Assembly (NCBI GenBank): GCA_965203805.1 | Contig: OZ241917.1 | Location: 4,704,001-4,768,000, forward strand | From: Candidatus Latescibacterota bacterium | Lineage (GTDB): Bacteria > Latescibacterota > UBA2968 > GCA-2709665 | Reading direction: 5' to 3' | Length of the DNA: 64,000 bases | Shown here: positions 40,203 to 50,195 of the stretch, piece by piece | Numbering within the stretch: the first letter of the stretch is position 1 | Layout: every line of letters begins with the position of its first letter | The notes under the pieces: generated by a model | The model's database searches: none | What the model was told of the DNA's origin: nothing | The model's input: only the letters and a program-made list of their open reading frames with translations | Position numbers and translations under genes: made by a program

Positions 40203-40943
40203 ATGGGAAATCAAAGGAATCGGAAATCCCAAAGCGCGCAATTCGCGGCGCGCGCGGGCGACTATGACCGCCTCCAGCCGGTTCGCGTCGAAATGTACGA
40301 ATTCTACCACAATCTGGCCCTGGACTTCCTGCCTTTCGATTACGGGGACGAATTTCGTATGCTCGATCTCGGATGCGGAACGGGCACTTTTGTCAAACGT
40401 ATCCTCGATCGGTATCCCAGGGCAACCTGTGTCGCCGTCGACTATTCAGATGAGATGATGGGTATTGCCGAGGAGAAAACGCGCCGGCATCCGGACCGCG
40501 TGGAATTCGCCCGGAGGGATCTCAATGAGGGATTGCCCGGGGGCTTTGGGTCCTATCAACTGGTCAAATCGTTCTCGACGATACACCACCTGACCGATGA
40601 GAACAAAGCCCGGATCTTCAGGCAGATTCATAATGTACTCGAGACCGGCGGGTGGTTCTTCTTCATGGACCCGATGTCGAGTCGCTATGACGACGATGTA
40701 TTCAGGCTGGGTCGACGGAGACAACTACGGCGACGGAAGGAAAGATTCGAAAGCGCGGGGATTGATATTGAAGAGGCGGACCGGGTAGATGCAATCGTCG
40801 GTCAGACCGGCGAAGACAGCCCTGAAAAAGACAGGATATCTCCCTTAGCTGCCCAGATTGAATGGCTGAAGGAGGCGGGCTTCGGATCTGTCGATCACAT
40901 CTGGCATTTCTGGATGGAGCACTTTATCATCTGCCGAAAGTGA
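40203..40943 (+). CDS. Class I SAM-dependent methyltransferase
   Basis: MLDLGCGTG, VDYS, TIHHL, GGWF. Confidence 0.88.
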   Translation: MGNQRNRKSQSAQFAARAGDYDRLQPVRVEMYEFYHNLALDFLPFDYGDEFRMLDLGCGTGTFVKRILDRYPRATCVAVDYSDEMMGIAEEKTRRHPDRVEFARRDLNEGLPGGFGSYQLVKSFSTIHHLTDENKARIFRQIHNVLETGGWFFFMDPMSSRYDDDVFRLGRRRQLRRRKERFESAGIDIEEADRVDAIVGQTGEDSPEKDRISPLAAQIEWLKEAGFGSVDHIWHFWMEHFIICRK

Positions 40944-41019
40944 ATGTCGTGCAGCGGTTCGGGCTCAGCGAACGTGCCATTCCGATTTCTGGATTAAATG
41001 AGCCCGAAAGGAGTATCCC

Positions 41020-41364
41020 ATGATCATCAGACGATATCCCGGAAAGGCCATCGGCCGCAGCGAATCCGTCGAACACAATGGCATCGTGTATACAGCGGTC
41101 ATCGCGCCGGACCTGACAGCGGACTTCGGGGAGCAGACCCGGCAGGCGCTTGCGCAGTTGGACGCGAATCTCACTGAGGCCGGGACCGACAGAACGCGAC
41201 TCCTTTCCGCCACGGTTTACATCACGGATATGGGCAGGAAACCCGTCCTAAACGAAGTCTGGGACGCGTGGATCGGGCCGGACAACTGGCCGCAGCGCGC
41301 CTGTGTGGAGGTCGGATTGGAGGGAAATACGCTGGTGGAGATCGTCGCGGTCGCTGCGAAATAG
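41020..41364 (+). CDS. RidA family protein (YoaB-like)
   Basis: QTRQAL, LLSATVYITDM, NEVWDAW, PQRACV, LVEI. Confidence 0.9.
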   Translation: MIIRRYPGKAIGRSESVEHNGIVYTAVIAPDLTADFGEQTRQALAQLDANLTEAGTDRTRLLSATVYITDMGRKPVLNEVWDAWIGPDNWPQRACVEVGLEGNTLVEIVAVAAK

Positions 41365-41387
41365 GCGGAGCAATCGGAGCAGGAAGG

Positions 41388-42212
41388 ATGCGTGAAAGCA
41401 AGGTCATTGAAAAGACAAAGGAACCCGCGACGGTGGATTCTCTGCGGTCGGATCTCCACGCGCTTGGTGTAGAACCCGGATCTGTCGTGCTGGTTCACTC
41501 GTCTCTGAGCGCGATGGGATGGGTGTGCGGAGGGGCCGTGGCGGTCATTCTTGCCCTTCAGGAGGCGCTGGAATCCGATGGAACGCTCGTAATGCCCGCA
41601 CACTCATCCGGGCTCAGCGAGCCGGGCAAGTGGGAAAACCCTCCCGTACCCGAGTCCTGGTGGCCGGTGATCCGCGAAAACATGCCGGCGTACGATCCCG
41701 CGCTTACTCCGACCCGCAATATGGGCGTAATCGCAGAGAACTTTCGAATGCAGCGCGGGGTTCTCCGCAGTTCGCATCCGCAGGTCTCGTTCTGCGCGTG
41801 TGGGCCTCAAGCGTCGCATATCATAGATGATCATTCACTGGCGTTTGGCCTGGGCGAGGATTCGCCGCTCGCGAGAATCTACGATCTGAACGGTCTTGTC
41901 CTGCTTCTCGGTGCGAGTCATGGATCCAATACCTCCCTGCACCTTGCGGAATATCGGGCGGACTTTCCAACCCGGCGTATTGTGCAGGAGGGCGCTCCCG
42001 TTACCGTTTCCGGCTCGAGGCAATGGACGACCTTCGAAGAGGTTGAGCCGGACAGTTCCGATTTTGGACGAATTGGCGAGGATTTTCTGCGTTCGGACGC
42101 GGGGAAGGTCGTGCGTCAGGGCAGGGTCGGTCTGGCTGACTGCCAACTCATGCCACAACGCGACGTCGTGAACTTCGCGGTCGGCTGGCTGGAGGAGAAT
42201 AGAGGGAAATGA
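41388..42212 (+). CDS. AAC(3)/YokD family N-acetyltransferase
   Basis: VLVHSSLS, GTLVMP, RSSHPQVSF, SPLAR, NTSLHLAE. Confidence 0.92.
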   Translation: MRESKVIEKTKEPATVDSLRSDLHALGVEPGSVVLVHSSLSAMGWVCGGAVAVILALQEALESDGTLVMPAHSSGLSEPGKWENPPVPESWWPVIRENMPAYDPALTPTRNMGVIAENFRMQRGVLRSSHPQVSFCACGPQASHIIDDHSLAFGLGEDSPLARIYDLNGLVLLLGASHGSNTSLHLAEYRADFPTRRIVQEGAPVTVSGSRQWTTFEEVEPDSSDFGRIGEDFLRSDAGKVVRQGRVGLADCQLMPQRDVVNFAVGWLEENRGK

Positions 42213-42261
42213 AACAACCCCAGTCTTACTATCTTTAGGCTTAAACACGTAAATCTGTGAC

Positions 42262-42289
42262 TTGACATAATACGGCATTGCCGTATTTT
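42262..42289 (+). promoter_or_regulatory. TA promoter with perfect operator palindrome
   Basis: TTGACA-N16-TATTTT; AATACGGCA-T-TGCCGTATT at 42269-42287; ATG 42295 at predicted +1. Confidence 0.78.
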
Positions 42290-42294
42290 CTATT

Positions 42295-42609
42295 ATGTAC
42301 ACTTTTGTTGAGACAAGGCTCTTCACGCGTCTTGTCCGAAGATTTCTCTCAGATCAAGAGTATAGCGAAATGCAATTGGCGTTGATCGCTGATCCGAACG
42401 CTGGCGATGTCATTCCTGGTTCAGGAGGCGTACGAAAGCTACGGTGGCGACAGCGGGGACTGGGTAAACGCGGCGGATACCGAGTCATCTATTTTGTGAA
42501 ACGAGCCTCCCGTGTATTCTGGATGCTCACGATGTATCCCAAGAATGTAACGGAAAACGTCCCCATCGATATCCTGCGACGGATTCGCAAGGAGGTACAG
42601 GATGAATAG
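42295..42609 (+). CDS. higB: RelE/HigB-family toxin
   Basis: GDVIPGSGGVRKLRW, GKRGGYRVIYF, LTMYPKN. Confidence 0.88.
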   Translation: MYTFVETRLFTRLVRRFLSDQEYSEMQLALIADPNAGDVIPGSGGVRKLRWRQRGLGKRGGYRVIYFVKRASRVFWMLTMYPKNVTENVPIDILRRIRKEVQDE

Positions 42610-42874
42610 TGTGAAACGAGACGTGGGCCGCGAGATTCTGGAAGGGTTACGAGAAATCAAGCGAGGCGAGCACGGCCGGGTGATCAATGTGCCGGATGTC
42701 ATACGCATACGGAAGGAAGCAGGTCTGTCACAGGCACAGTTCGCCCAAGTGCTGGGTGTTTCGGTGCGAACGCTTCAGGATTGGGAACAGGCCCGCCGTC
42801 GTCCATCGGGCGCCGCGCGTACTTTGCTGTTGGTCGCTGACCGGAACCTTCAGGCGGTCCTGGACGTGGCTTGA
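42602..42874 (+). CDS. higA: XRE HTH antitoxin
   Basis: IRKEAGLSQAQFAQVLGVSVRTLQDWEQARRRPSG; overlaps toxin. Confidence 0.88.
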   Translation: MNSVKRDVGREILEGLREIKRGEHGRVINVPDVIRIRKEAGLSQAQFAQVLGVSVRTLQDWEQARRRPSGAARTLLLVADRNLQAVLDVA

Positions 42875-43021
42875 GTAGGCCGGGATAGAGGATCGCTCGT
42901 CGAATCGCCCGCGGGATCGCCGTCGAAGCGCGCGCTTCAGCGATATCTGATGTGGAAGGCGCGCGGCTGCTGCCGGTGCATCGACGACTAAGTCGGGACT
43001 CAATGCCAAGGGGGGCGAAAT

Positions 43022-44698
43022 ATGTGGGCCTCATTGCGGGAATTTCTACGAATTCCGCGTGAACTCACGGGTAGAAACGTTCGAATTGCCGTTGTCGACG
43101 GAGAATTCCCGAAGCACCCGGATATTTGCACCAATGACCGGCGCACTTCCTGCCTTGTTCCAGGCATGTCAGAGCCCGATGCGTCTCCCGAAGTGTTCAC
43201 CGCGGAACCGGGGCCGTGGAAAGGAGGCTTGCACGCGCTGTGCGCGGCAGCGGCCGCCGGGGGGTCTGGGGCCGAATCGGGAGGACTGTACACGGGCGCG
43301 GCGCCGGAAGCGGACCTGTTTCTCGTTGCGATGTATTCGAGAGAGCCGGGATGGGAGGGTGAAAAGGCACACATCAAAGCCCTGGAATGGGTTCGGGCCA
43401 ACTGGCGGAAATACGAAATACGCGGTGTGCTGTCATCGCGGAAGAGTCAGATCGGCTCGGGTGTTCTCCCGTGGCAGACCGACCGGCGCCGGATTCTGTG
43501 TGAGGAGTTGGTCGCCGACGGTTTGCTCGTGGTCTCCTCATCGGGGAATCGACCGGACGAGACCACTGCCATTGCCGAAGCCGCGGCCCCGTCCGTCCTT
43601 TCGGTTGGAGGCGTCACAATTCCGCCGGACGGGGACCCGGACCGGGCAATGATGTATCACGGGTGCCGGGGGACCACGTTCGAGGGCAAATGGGTGCCTG
43701 AGGTACTGGCCCCGGCGCAAAACGTCGTCCTTCCCCGCAGAAACGACGAAGAGATTGAAACCCATTACTATGGAAACATGGACGATCTGCCGGCCCGCTA
43801 CGCCCGGACAAATGGAACATCGTTTTCGGGTCCGGCGCTTCTCGGGGCGGCGGCCTGTGTCTGGCAGGCGCATCCGGACTGGTCGGCGGGCGAAATGAAA
43901 TCGGCCCTGATATCAACGTCGCTGAGAATGTCCGCCTGGTCCGGATTGCGCGCCGGCCTCGTGTCGGTTACCGGCGCCGTGGCTGAATACACTCCGGAAG
44001 CTGACCATGGATCCGTGATGAGTCCGTATCGGCACTGGTCGACGTTGCGGAAAATCTCTCATGAAGACAGGTTGAATCAGATCGAGAGCGACAATTCCGA
44101 TGACGTCCGGGAGGCCATCCTTTCGTTCATTGGCGACGATCTGCCAGATCGCACTTCCCGTGCGATTTGCAAACAGAAGAAACATCGCGTGCCCCATGTT
44201 CGCGCCGCGGCCCTGTGCGCGATTGCTCGCGGACGCAGGTCTCTAGTGAATTCGGCCTATGCTCTTGATGCGCTTCGGGATACTTCGCAGGTCGTCCGAA
44301 TGGCGGGTGTTTATCTGTTAACGCGACGTTCGGACCTCTGGTCGGAATGCGCGGAATGTCTTGCGGATTGCTTCGACGATTCAAGCCTTGACGTCAGAAT
44401 CGAGTCTCTTGTTCTCGCCAGGAGAATGGCGTATCCGGATTTTGCTGGGGAAATCGCCGCCGGTCTTGAAGAGGACGCCCGGACGGGGCGTGTCGCAAAT
44501 TTCGCCGCTCGAAGAGATGCGCTTGAGGCGATAACAGGACAGCGATTGCCGCTGCGACCTCCATATAAATTCGGGCAACCTTCGCAGGGGGATCCGCTGA
44601 AGGTTGCCCGGGTATATTTGGCGTGTCGATGGATGGATTGGTTAAGCGAGAATAGGGAGATGCAGCGCACGTCGTTCAATCGTACGCTTATTCGATGA
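43022..44698 (+). CDS. S8 subtilisin-family peptidase with C-terminal HEAT-like repeats
   Basis: IAVVDG (Asp), LHALC (His), SSGN, NGTSFSGP (Ser); C-terminal VRAAAL/VVRMAG/DVRIES units. Confidence 0.78.
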   Translation: MWASLREFLRIPRELTGRNVRIAVVDGEFPKHPDICTNDRRTSCLVPGMSEPDASPEVFTAEPGPWKGGLHALCAAAAAGGSGAESGGLYTGAAPEADLFLVAMYSREPGWEGEKAHIKALEWVRANWRKYEIRGVLSSRKSQIGSGVLPWQTDRRRILCEELVADGLLVVSSSGNRPDETTAIAEAAAPSVLSVGGVTIPPDGDPDRAMMYHGCRGTTFEGKWVPEVLAPAQNVVLPRRNDEEIETHYYGNMDDLPARYARTNGTSFSGPALLGAAACVWQAHPDWSAGEMKSALISTSLRMSAWSGLRAGLVSVTGAVAEYTPEADHGSVMSPYRHWSTLRKISHEDRLNQIESDNSDDVREAILSFIGDDLPDRTSRAICKQKKHRVPHVRAAALCAIARGRRSLVNSAYALDALRDTSQVVRMAGVYLLTRRSDLWSECAECLADCFDDSSLDVRIESLVLARRMAYPDFAGEIAAGLEEDARTGRVANFAARRDALEAITGQRLPLRPPYKFGQPSQGDPLKVARVYLACRWMDWLSENREMQRTSFNRTLIR

Positions 44699-45491
44699 CC
44701 ACCAGGACGGCCTCTCCCTTCAGGAGGTCGTTGACCAGGGTGACGTGGGTGCCTTCAGCGCTCAGGCTGACTGTATAGTCCTTGTCTTTTTTAAGCTTTC
44801 CGGAACGGCCGATCAGCTCCTTCAGTTTCTTTCCGCGTTCCAGGGTCACGCGCTCGCCGATAGCGAAATACTTGACCTTCATATCCTTGTGTCCGGGTTT
44901 CTGGACCAGTTTGTACCCTTTGCGGAAGAACCTTCGGCCGGTCTCCAGGAATCCATCCGCCTTGAGACCATCCTCCGTGCCCACCACCACGCGCACGGCG
45001 TTCTTGGCCTGGTCGAGTTCGGCTTCCGTCTTTTCAATATTCTGTTGGGCCGTATCCAGGTCCTTTGACAACTTCATCGCAACGTCTCTCTGGTCGCGCA
45101 GCGCGACGGTGAGGCTGTCCGATTCGGTAATCAGACGGTCGATTTTCGCTGCGTCGGCCACCTTCTGCTCCTCCAGTTCGGTGATTGCTGCCTGCAACTC
45201 TTCGTTCTTGCGCCGGCGCTGCTCGGCGATGGCGCGATATTTCTTGACTTCCTTCTGGAGTTGTTGGTTTTTCTCCTGCAGGAGCATCTCGAACTTGGTA
45301 AGGCTGTCGAGTTGCGTCTTCAGGGTGACGAGCTCGGTCTGGGCGCTTCCCACCTCGGTCTCGAGGGAGTCGATGCTGGCTTCCTTCTGCGCGATGACCC
45401 GTTGCTGTCTCTCCACTTCACTTTCTCCGCATGCGCTCAGGCCGATGCAGAGGAGCAGTGCGAGGGAAAGACCCGAAAAAATCCTGTTCAT
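44688..45491 (-). CDS. Coiled-coil lipoprotein, unknown function
   Basis: Signal peptide with LSAC lipobox, long heptad coiled coil, small C-terminal globular domain. Confidence 0.8.
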   Translation of the reverse strand: MNRIFSGLSLALLLCIGLSACGESEVERQQRVIAQKEASIDSLETEVGSAQTELVTLKTQLDSLTKFEMLLQEKNQQLQKEVKKYRAIAEQRRRKNEELQAAITELEEQKVADAAKIDRLITESDSLTVALRDQRDVAMKLSKDLDTAQQNIEKTEAELDQAKNAVRVVVGTEDGLKADGFLETGRRFFRKGYKLVQKPGHKDMKVKYFAIGERVTLERGKKLKELIGRSGKLKKDKDYTVSLSAEGTHVTLVNDLLKGEAVLVVIE

Positions 45492-46035
45492 GCTATCATC
45501 TCCCGTGATAGGGTGAACGGCAAGGTCCCCGATACGTCACGCCGGGAACCGTTCTCCAACCTTGATTCGTCAGTTTTCGGCGACGTTAAATCGAATATAC
45601 GCAAGTTAACAAAGGCGATCTGACGTCGGAATTCCAGGAACCTTCATGTCGCTGGACGTGACCGGAAAAATGTCCATTCCGACGACCTTTTCGGCCCTAT
45701 TCTGAAGGATTTGTCGCGTCGCCTCGTTGCTGATTTGTCAAGTCAAGGTAAATGCATCATATCCCATGAATACCATGCATCTGGCGACCGCGACTGATTC
45801 GTCTGACGGTATGCGATGTATTCAACCCGTTCTGCTCACCCTTATACATAATGAATTCCGCCACTTTCTGCAAGGTTTATACCTGCAAAAAGAGGTGAAT
45901 TGATGCACACGCGGGTTACCGGACCGGCTGATGGAACCTGGATCAGGTTTCGAACGCAGTCGAAGAGAATTACGACGATTTCAAACGGGACAGACGCATC
46001 ACAGCCGGTTATGCTGCGGAAGCGGATGTGAGGGT

Positions 46036-46055
46036 GGCAGACGTTCCTGTCTGCC
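46036..46055. repeat. REP-like palindrome GGCAGAC-N6-GTCTGCC
   Basis: Same element at 50116-50140, 54953-54977, 62333-62362. Confidence 0.8.
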
Positions 46056-46223
46056 TGCTTCGATGACGACGATGTCTCCGCGCAAATGTGTTTTCTGTGC
46101 TATTGAGTCAAGGACAATCGAACGGAAGGTGATTCTTCATATGATCGACTTCGATAAAATGTCTCATTTCTTCCCAAACCTGTGGCGAAAATTGCATTTT
46201 CAGATACAACACGGACCTGCATA

Positions 46224-46745
46224 ATGATCTTATCGGGAAAAATGATCCACGAGCAAATGGGAAAAGGCATCATCATCGAGCCGTTCGATCAGGCCCGGCT
46301 CAATCCGAACAGCTACAATCTCTCGCTGGCCGATGAACTGGTGGTGTACGAGGATGGCGTTCTCGATATGAAAAAGAAGAATCGGACCCGGTCCATTCGG
46401 ATTCCCGAGGACGGGTACGAGATGCAACCCCGTAGGCTCTATCTCGGCCGAACGGCGGAATACACCAGAACGGATAACTTCGTCCCCATGCTCGAGGGCC
46501 GCTCCTCAGTGGGTAGGCTGGGGCTGTTTGTGCACGTCACCGCGGGTTTTGGCGACGTGGGCTTCGCCGGCTACTGGACGCTCGAGATGTTCTGCATTCA
46601 GCCCGTCCGGATCTATCCGAACGTGGAAATCTGCCAGATCTACTATCATACGCTGGATGGCGATTTCGAGACCTACAAAAGTGCAAAATACCAGAACAAC
46701 AGCGGCATCCAGCCCAGCCGCATGTATCTGGACTTCGTCGAATGA
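46224..46745 (+). CDS. dcd: dCTP deaminase
   Basis: LNPNSYNL, EGRSSVGRLG, TAGFGDVGF, WTLE, ICQI, KYQ. Confidence 0.92.
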   Translation: MILSGKMIHEQMGKGIIIEPFDQARLNPNSYNLSLADELVVYEDGVLDMKKKNRTRSIRIPEDGYEMQPRRLYLGRTAEYTRTDNFVPMLEGRSSVGRLGLFVHVTAGFGDVGFAGYWTLEMFCIQPVRIYPNVEICQIYYHTLDGDFETYKSAKYQNNSGIQPSRMYLDFVE

Positions 46746-46848
46746 AGATGCCCGTCCGGGATCCACATAATGCGTCCGCAATTCGCGGCAGGCCGTCTGA
46801 AGCGTACAAGCGATAATTCCAATGTGTCGTGGCATGGATCGATCAGGA

Positions 46849-47379
46849 ATGATACCGACGTTTCTTGCGGACAAGAGGCCCTTTCTTGAGGCGGAAGATG
46901 CGTGGGCGGACGGGGACATGCCTCTGCGGTTTCGCTATTTCCGTTCCGATGAACAGCCGCCAGAAGAGTACATAACTTCCGTTCGATGCCTCCTCTTTCA
47001 GGATGATTCCGTTCTGGTTGTCAGCAACCGGGAAGGCAGGCACATTCTGCCCGGGGGACGCCGCGAAGCGGGAGAAACCTTCGTACAGACGCTGCGCCGC
47101 GAAGTCGCGGAGGAGACCGGGTGGTCCATTGAATCCATCTCGCGTCTGGGATTCATCCACCTGCAACATCTCAAGCCGAAGCCGCCTGGATACCGATTCC
47201 CCCATCCTCACTTTTTTCAGGTTGTCTACGTTGCCCACGCTTCCACGCCTGTGCCGGAATCGGTCCGCGACGACGACTATGAAGAAGCAGCGGCGTTTGT
47301 CCCTATAAGCAAACTCCTCGGGCTGGGCATTTCCAAACCCGAGTTGGAATATGTCAGTTTTGCCTCAGAAAGGGCTTGA
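46849..47379 (+). CDS. NUDIX hydrolase
   Basis: Nudix box GGRREAGETFVQTLRREVAEETGW; start could be further upstream. Confidence 0.88.
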   Translation: MIPTFLADKRPFLEAEDAWADGDMPLRFRYFRSDEQPPEEYITSVRCLLFQDDSVLVVSNREGRHILPGGRREAGETFVQTLRREVAEETGWSIESISRLGFIHLQHLKPKPPGYRFPHPHFFQVVYVAHASTPVPESVRDDDYEEAAAFVPISKLLGLGISKPELEYVSFASERA

Positions 47380-47819
47380 TCGTGTTCAGGATCGGTGTTT
47401 TCGGCATCATTACCGATGACGAGGACCGCGTCCTGCTGTGCCACCGGCGCGACTTCGATCTTTGGAATCTGCCCGGCGGCGGCGTGGAGGAAGGCGAGAA
47501 TCCGTGGGATGCGCTCGTGCGGGAGATAGAAGAAGAGACAGGTTTGAAGGCGGCGCCGGTTCATCTCAGCGGCATTTACAGCAAACCGGACAGGAACGAG
47601 GTTGTATTTTCATTCTACTGCCGGGTGACCGGAGGAGCGATCCGGCTCACGAATGAGGCGGACCGGATCGAATACTTTCACCAGAATCGCGTACCGATGA
47701 ACACGGTACCAAAGCAGGTCGAGCGCATCAGGGATTACTTCGCGGACAGGACGAGGACCCATTTCAATGTACAAACCGGTCCTTCTGCCATTGAATTGAT
47801 TAAGCAGGGTAAGATCTGA
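47376..47819 (+). CDS. NUDIX hydrolase
   Basis: Nudix box GGGVEEGENPWDALVREIEEETGL. Confidence 0.9.
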   Translation: MIVFRIGVFGIITDDEDRVLLCHRRDFDLWNLPGGGVEEGENPWDALVREIEEETGLKAAPVHLSGIYSKPDRNEVVFSFYCRVTGGAIRLTNEADRIEYFHQNRVPMNTVPKQVERIRDYFADRTRTHFNVQTGPSAIELIKQGKI

Positions 47820-47879
47820 GCCGACCGTCCATTGTTCAGATTCGCGTCAATGCCTCGCGTCTGACCGGTCATTAACGAA

Positions 47880-48488
47880 ATGGCAGATTCAATATTCATT
47901 GGTGTGGCGATCGTCCTTAGAGAGAAGGATGGTCTTCTCTTTGAGCTTCAGAGATCCGCGAAGTGGAAACGCGGTCTGGATGGGGTCCGGGAAATCGGCC
48001 TGAGTTGCATCGGCGGCACGGTGGAGGAAGGGGAGTCCCTCGAAGGCGCGCTGCAGAGGGAAGCGATGGAGGAAATCGGATGCAGGGTTTCCTTCGATCC
48101 ATCGCCCTGTCCCTTTTCGATGGACCCCGCCGGAAACGTGTCGCCGCTTGTGCCCGGTAGCGTGCCGGATGGCGTGCATTGTCTGTGGGAAGGAAACGAC
48201 CCGGGATATGTGCCCGGCGGGAAGGTGGCGGTGTATGCGGGCCATACGGTCGGCCGGGTAGCGCCGGGCGATCTGTCGGCCATCGCGACGCTGAAGCCGG
48301 ACCTGTTCCTCGAACTCGCCACAGAAAGTCTCACCGTCGAGGGCCTTCAGCAGCGTGGAGGCGTTCTCCAAGAACGGACGCCGGTCCCGCGCGCGGCTCG
48401 CCTTAAGCCAGTGGGTACGTCCGCCCGGCTTCTGGACCTGAGGCGACGACATCCTGATCTGCTGCAGCGCCTCTTGGGTGAAGTCTGA
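47880..48488 (+). CDS. NUDIX hydrolase
   Basis: Nudix box GGTVEEGESLEGALQREAMEEIG. Confidence 0.82.
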   Translation: MADSIFIGVAIVLREKDGLLFELQRSAKWKRGLDGVREIGLSCIGGTVEEGESLEGALQREAMEEIGCRVSFDPSPCPFSMDPAGNVSPLVPGSVPDGVHCLWEGNDPGYVPGGKVAVYAGHTVGRVAPGDLSAIATLKPDLFLELATESLTVEGLQQRGGVLQERTPVPRAARLKPVGTSARLLDLRRRHPDLLQRLLGEV

Positions 48489-48504
48489 CCGTGAGGTCGT
48501 ATTC

Positions 48505-49299
48505 ATGAACGAGATACACGAAGCCAACCGAAAACGCTGGAATGAAATGGCCGGGGATTGGGAGGATCGACTTAACCGCGAAGGCCTCTGGCGCAGGTGT
48601 CACGAAGAACCGGGGTTGGCATTCGACGCGGGCGCGCTTGAGACCATTCGGGAGATGATGGGAACACTTCGCGGCAGGCGCGTCTGTGTGATCGGCAGCG
48701 GCGACAATCTGGCGGCCTATGCACTAGCGGGTCTGGGCGCCAGGGTGACCTCCACGGATATCTCCGAGGAGCGATTGAAATTGGCGGCGGATCGGGCGGA
48801 AGCACTGGGTCTCTCGATTGATTTCGTGCGTTCGGACGCAGCTAACCTCGATTCACTCCCGGGTTCGAGTTTCGATCTGGTGTGTTCGACAAACGGCTTT
48901 TTCGTGTGGATCGCCGATCTCCAGGGAGTATTCTCTGAGGTCGGACGTATACTGAAGTCAGGAGGCGCATACGTCTTCTACGACATTCATCCCTTCACGC
49001 GCCCGTGGAAAGAACAGGTGCCATCTGTCGAAATGGCCAAATCCTATTGGGATACCGGCCCTTTCCAAGGGACCGAAGAGGATTCGTATGAGCATCATTG
49101 GACCCTCGCCGACCTGCTCAATTCGTTGGCGCAGGCCGGATTGGTACTGAAGAAAGTCGTCGAGAGCCCGGCTCGTGACGCCGCATTTTGGCGCGGAAGC
49201 GATGAGATCGCTGATGCGGGCGATTCGTTACTCGATTGGCGGATCCATCCGCGCGCGGGCCTGCCGGTCTGGCTGACCGTCGCCGCATCGGCGCCGTGA
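48505..49299 (+). CDS. Class I SAM-dependent methyltransferase
   Basis: VCVIGSGD, TDIS, SFDLV, ILKSGG, DIHPF. Confidence 0.85.
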   Translation: MNEIHEANRKRWNEMAGDWEDRLNREGLWRRCHEEPGLAFDAGALETIREMMGTLRGRRVCVIGSGDNLAAYALAGLGARVTSTDISEERLKLAADRAEALGLSIDFVRSDAANLDSLPGSSFDLVCSTNGFFVWIADLQGVFSEVGRILKSGGAYVFYDIHPFTRPWKEQVPSVEMAKSYWDTGPFQGTEEDSYEHHWTLADLLNSLAQAGLVLKKVVESPARDAAFWRGSDEIADAGDSLLDWRIHPRAGLPVWLTVAASAP

Positions 49300-49385
49300 C
49301 GAATACCGACAATCGATTCGCAACCCGTTCAAGGATAAGATTACTCCTGGTTAAACGTCATCCAACACAGAAAGGAATTCATCTT

Positions 49386-50060
49386 ATGCAATCACATCTT
49401 GCCCTTCTTCACACGACACCGGTGCTAATTGATACGTTTGATCGTCTTGTTGAGGACGCTGATCTGGAATTACCCGTCAGACACATTGTGGAAGAGGAAT
49501 TCCTGGCGGAAGCCCGCCAAGAGGGTATCAGCCAGGACCTGGATGACCGGATCGGCGGCCGCATTCGCTCCGCGGTCGAAGAGGGCGCGGCCGTGGTTCT
49601 CTGCACGTGCTCTTCCATTGGAGGAAGCGCGGAAAGAGCGAACGACACCACGGGTGGCGTGGTAATCCGGGTCGATCGCCCAATGGCCGAGAAAGCCGTC
49701 GAAATCGGTTCCCGGATCGTCATCGCAGCCGCGCTCGAGAGTACGCTCGCGCCGACTCGCGACCTCATTCTCGAAACCGCGGGCGCGCGCCAAAAGCGCG
49801 TCGAGCTCATTGAGGTGTTGTGTGACGAGGCCTGGAGCCGGCTGGAGGCGGGAGACCAGCGGGGATATTTGACTGAAATCGCGCGTAAGATCAAGGAAAG
49901 CGCGCCTGAGGGTGACGTCATTGTCCTGGCGCAGGCCTCGATGGCGGGCGCCGCGGACTTGTGCCCGGAAGTTTCAGTTCCTATCCTCAGCAGTCCCGGT
50001 ATCGGCCTGCAGCGCGCAATCGATATCTGGAAACAAAAAGGCGGAATCGAACACGAATAA
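49386..50060 (+). CDS. Asp/Glu/hydantoin racemase-family protein
   Basis: LLHT, VLCTCSSIG, RVDRPMA, DVIVLAQASM. Confidence 0.75.
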   Translation: MQSHLALLHTTPVLIDTFDRLVEDADLELPVRHIVEEEFLAEARQEGISQDLDDRIGGRIRSAVEEGAAVVLCTCSSIGGSAERANDTTGGVVIRVDRPMAEKAVEIGSRIVIAAALESTLAPTRDLILETAGARQKRVELIEVLCDEAWSRLEAGDQRGYLTEIARKIKESAPEGDVIVLAQASMAGAADLCPEVSVPILSSPGIGLQRAIDIWKQKGGIEHE

Positions 50061-50115
50061 ACCTTTTGCGCCCTCCACAATGGCGTATCGACACGACGAA
50101 GAAGCTTGTGTGAGG

Positions 50116-50140
50116 GTGGGGCAGACATTCCTGTCTGCCC
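50116..50140. repeat. REP-like palindrome
   Basis: GTG-GGGCAGAC-ATTCCT-GTCTGCCC. Confidence 0.85.
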
Positions 50141-50195
50141 TCCGCGCCTCAATAATAAAGGCAAGGTGAGACAAATCGCCCGCGCGATTCAACCC

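Noticed and set aside
45492-46223. 730-bp intergenic region as a possible ncRNA or small gene
   Set aside because: No recognisable motif, convincing ORF or strong structure apart from the REP-like palindrome
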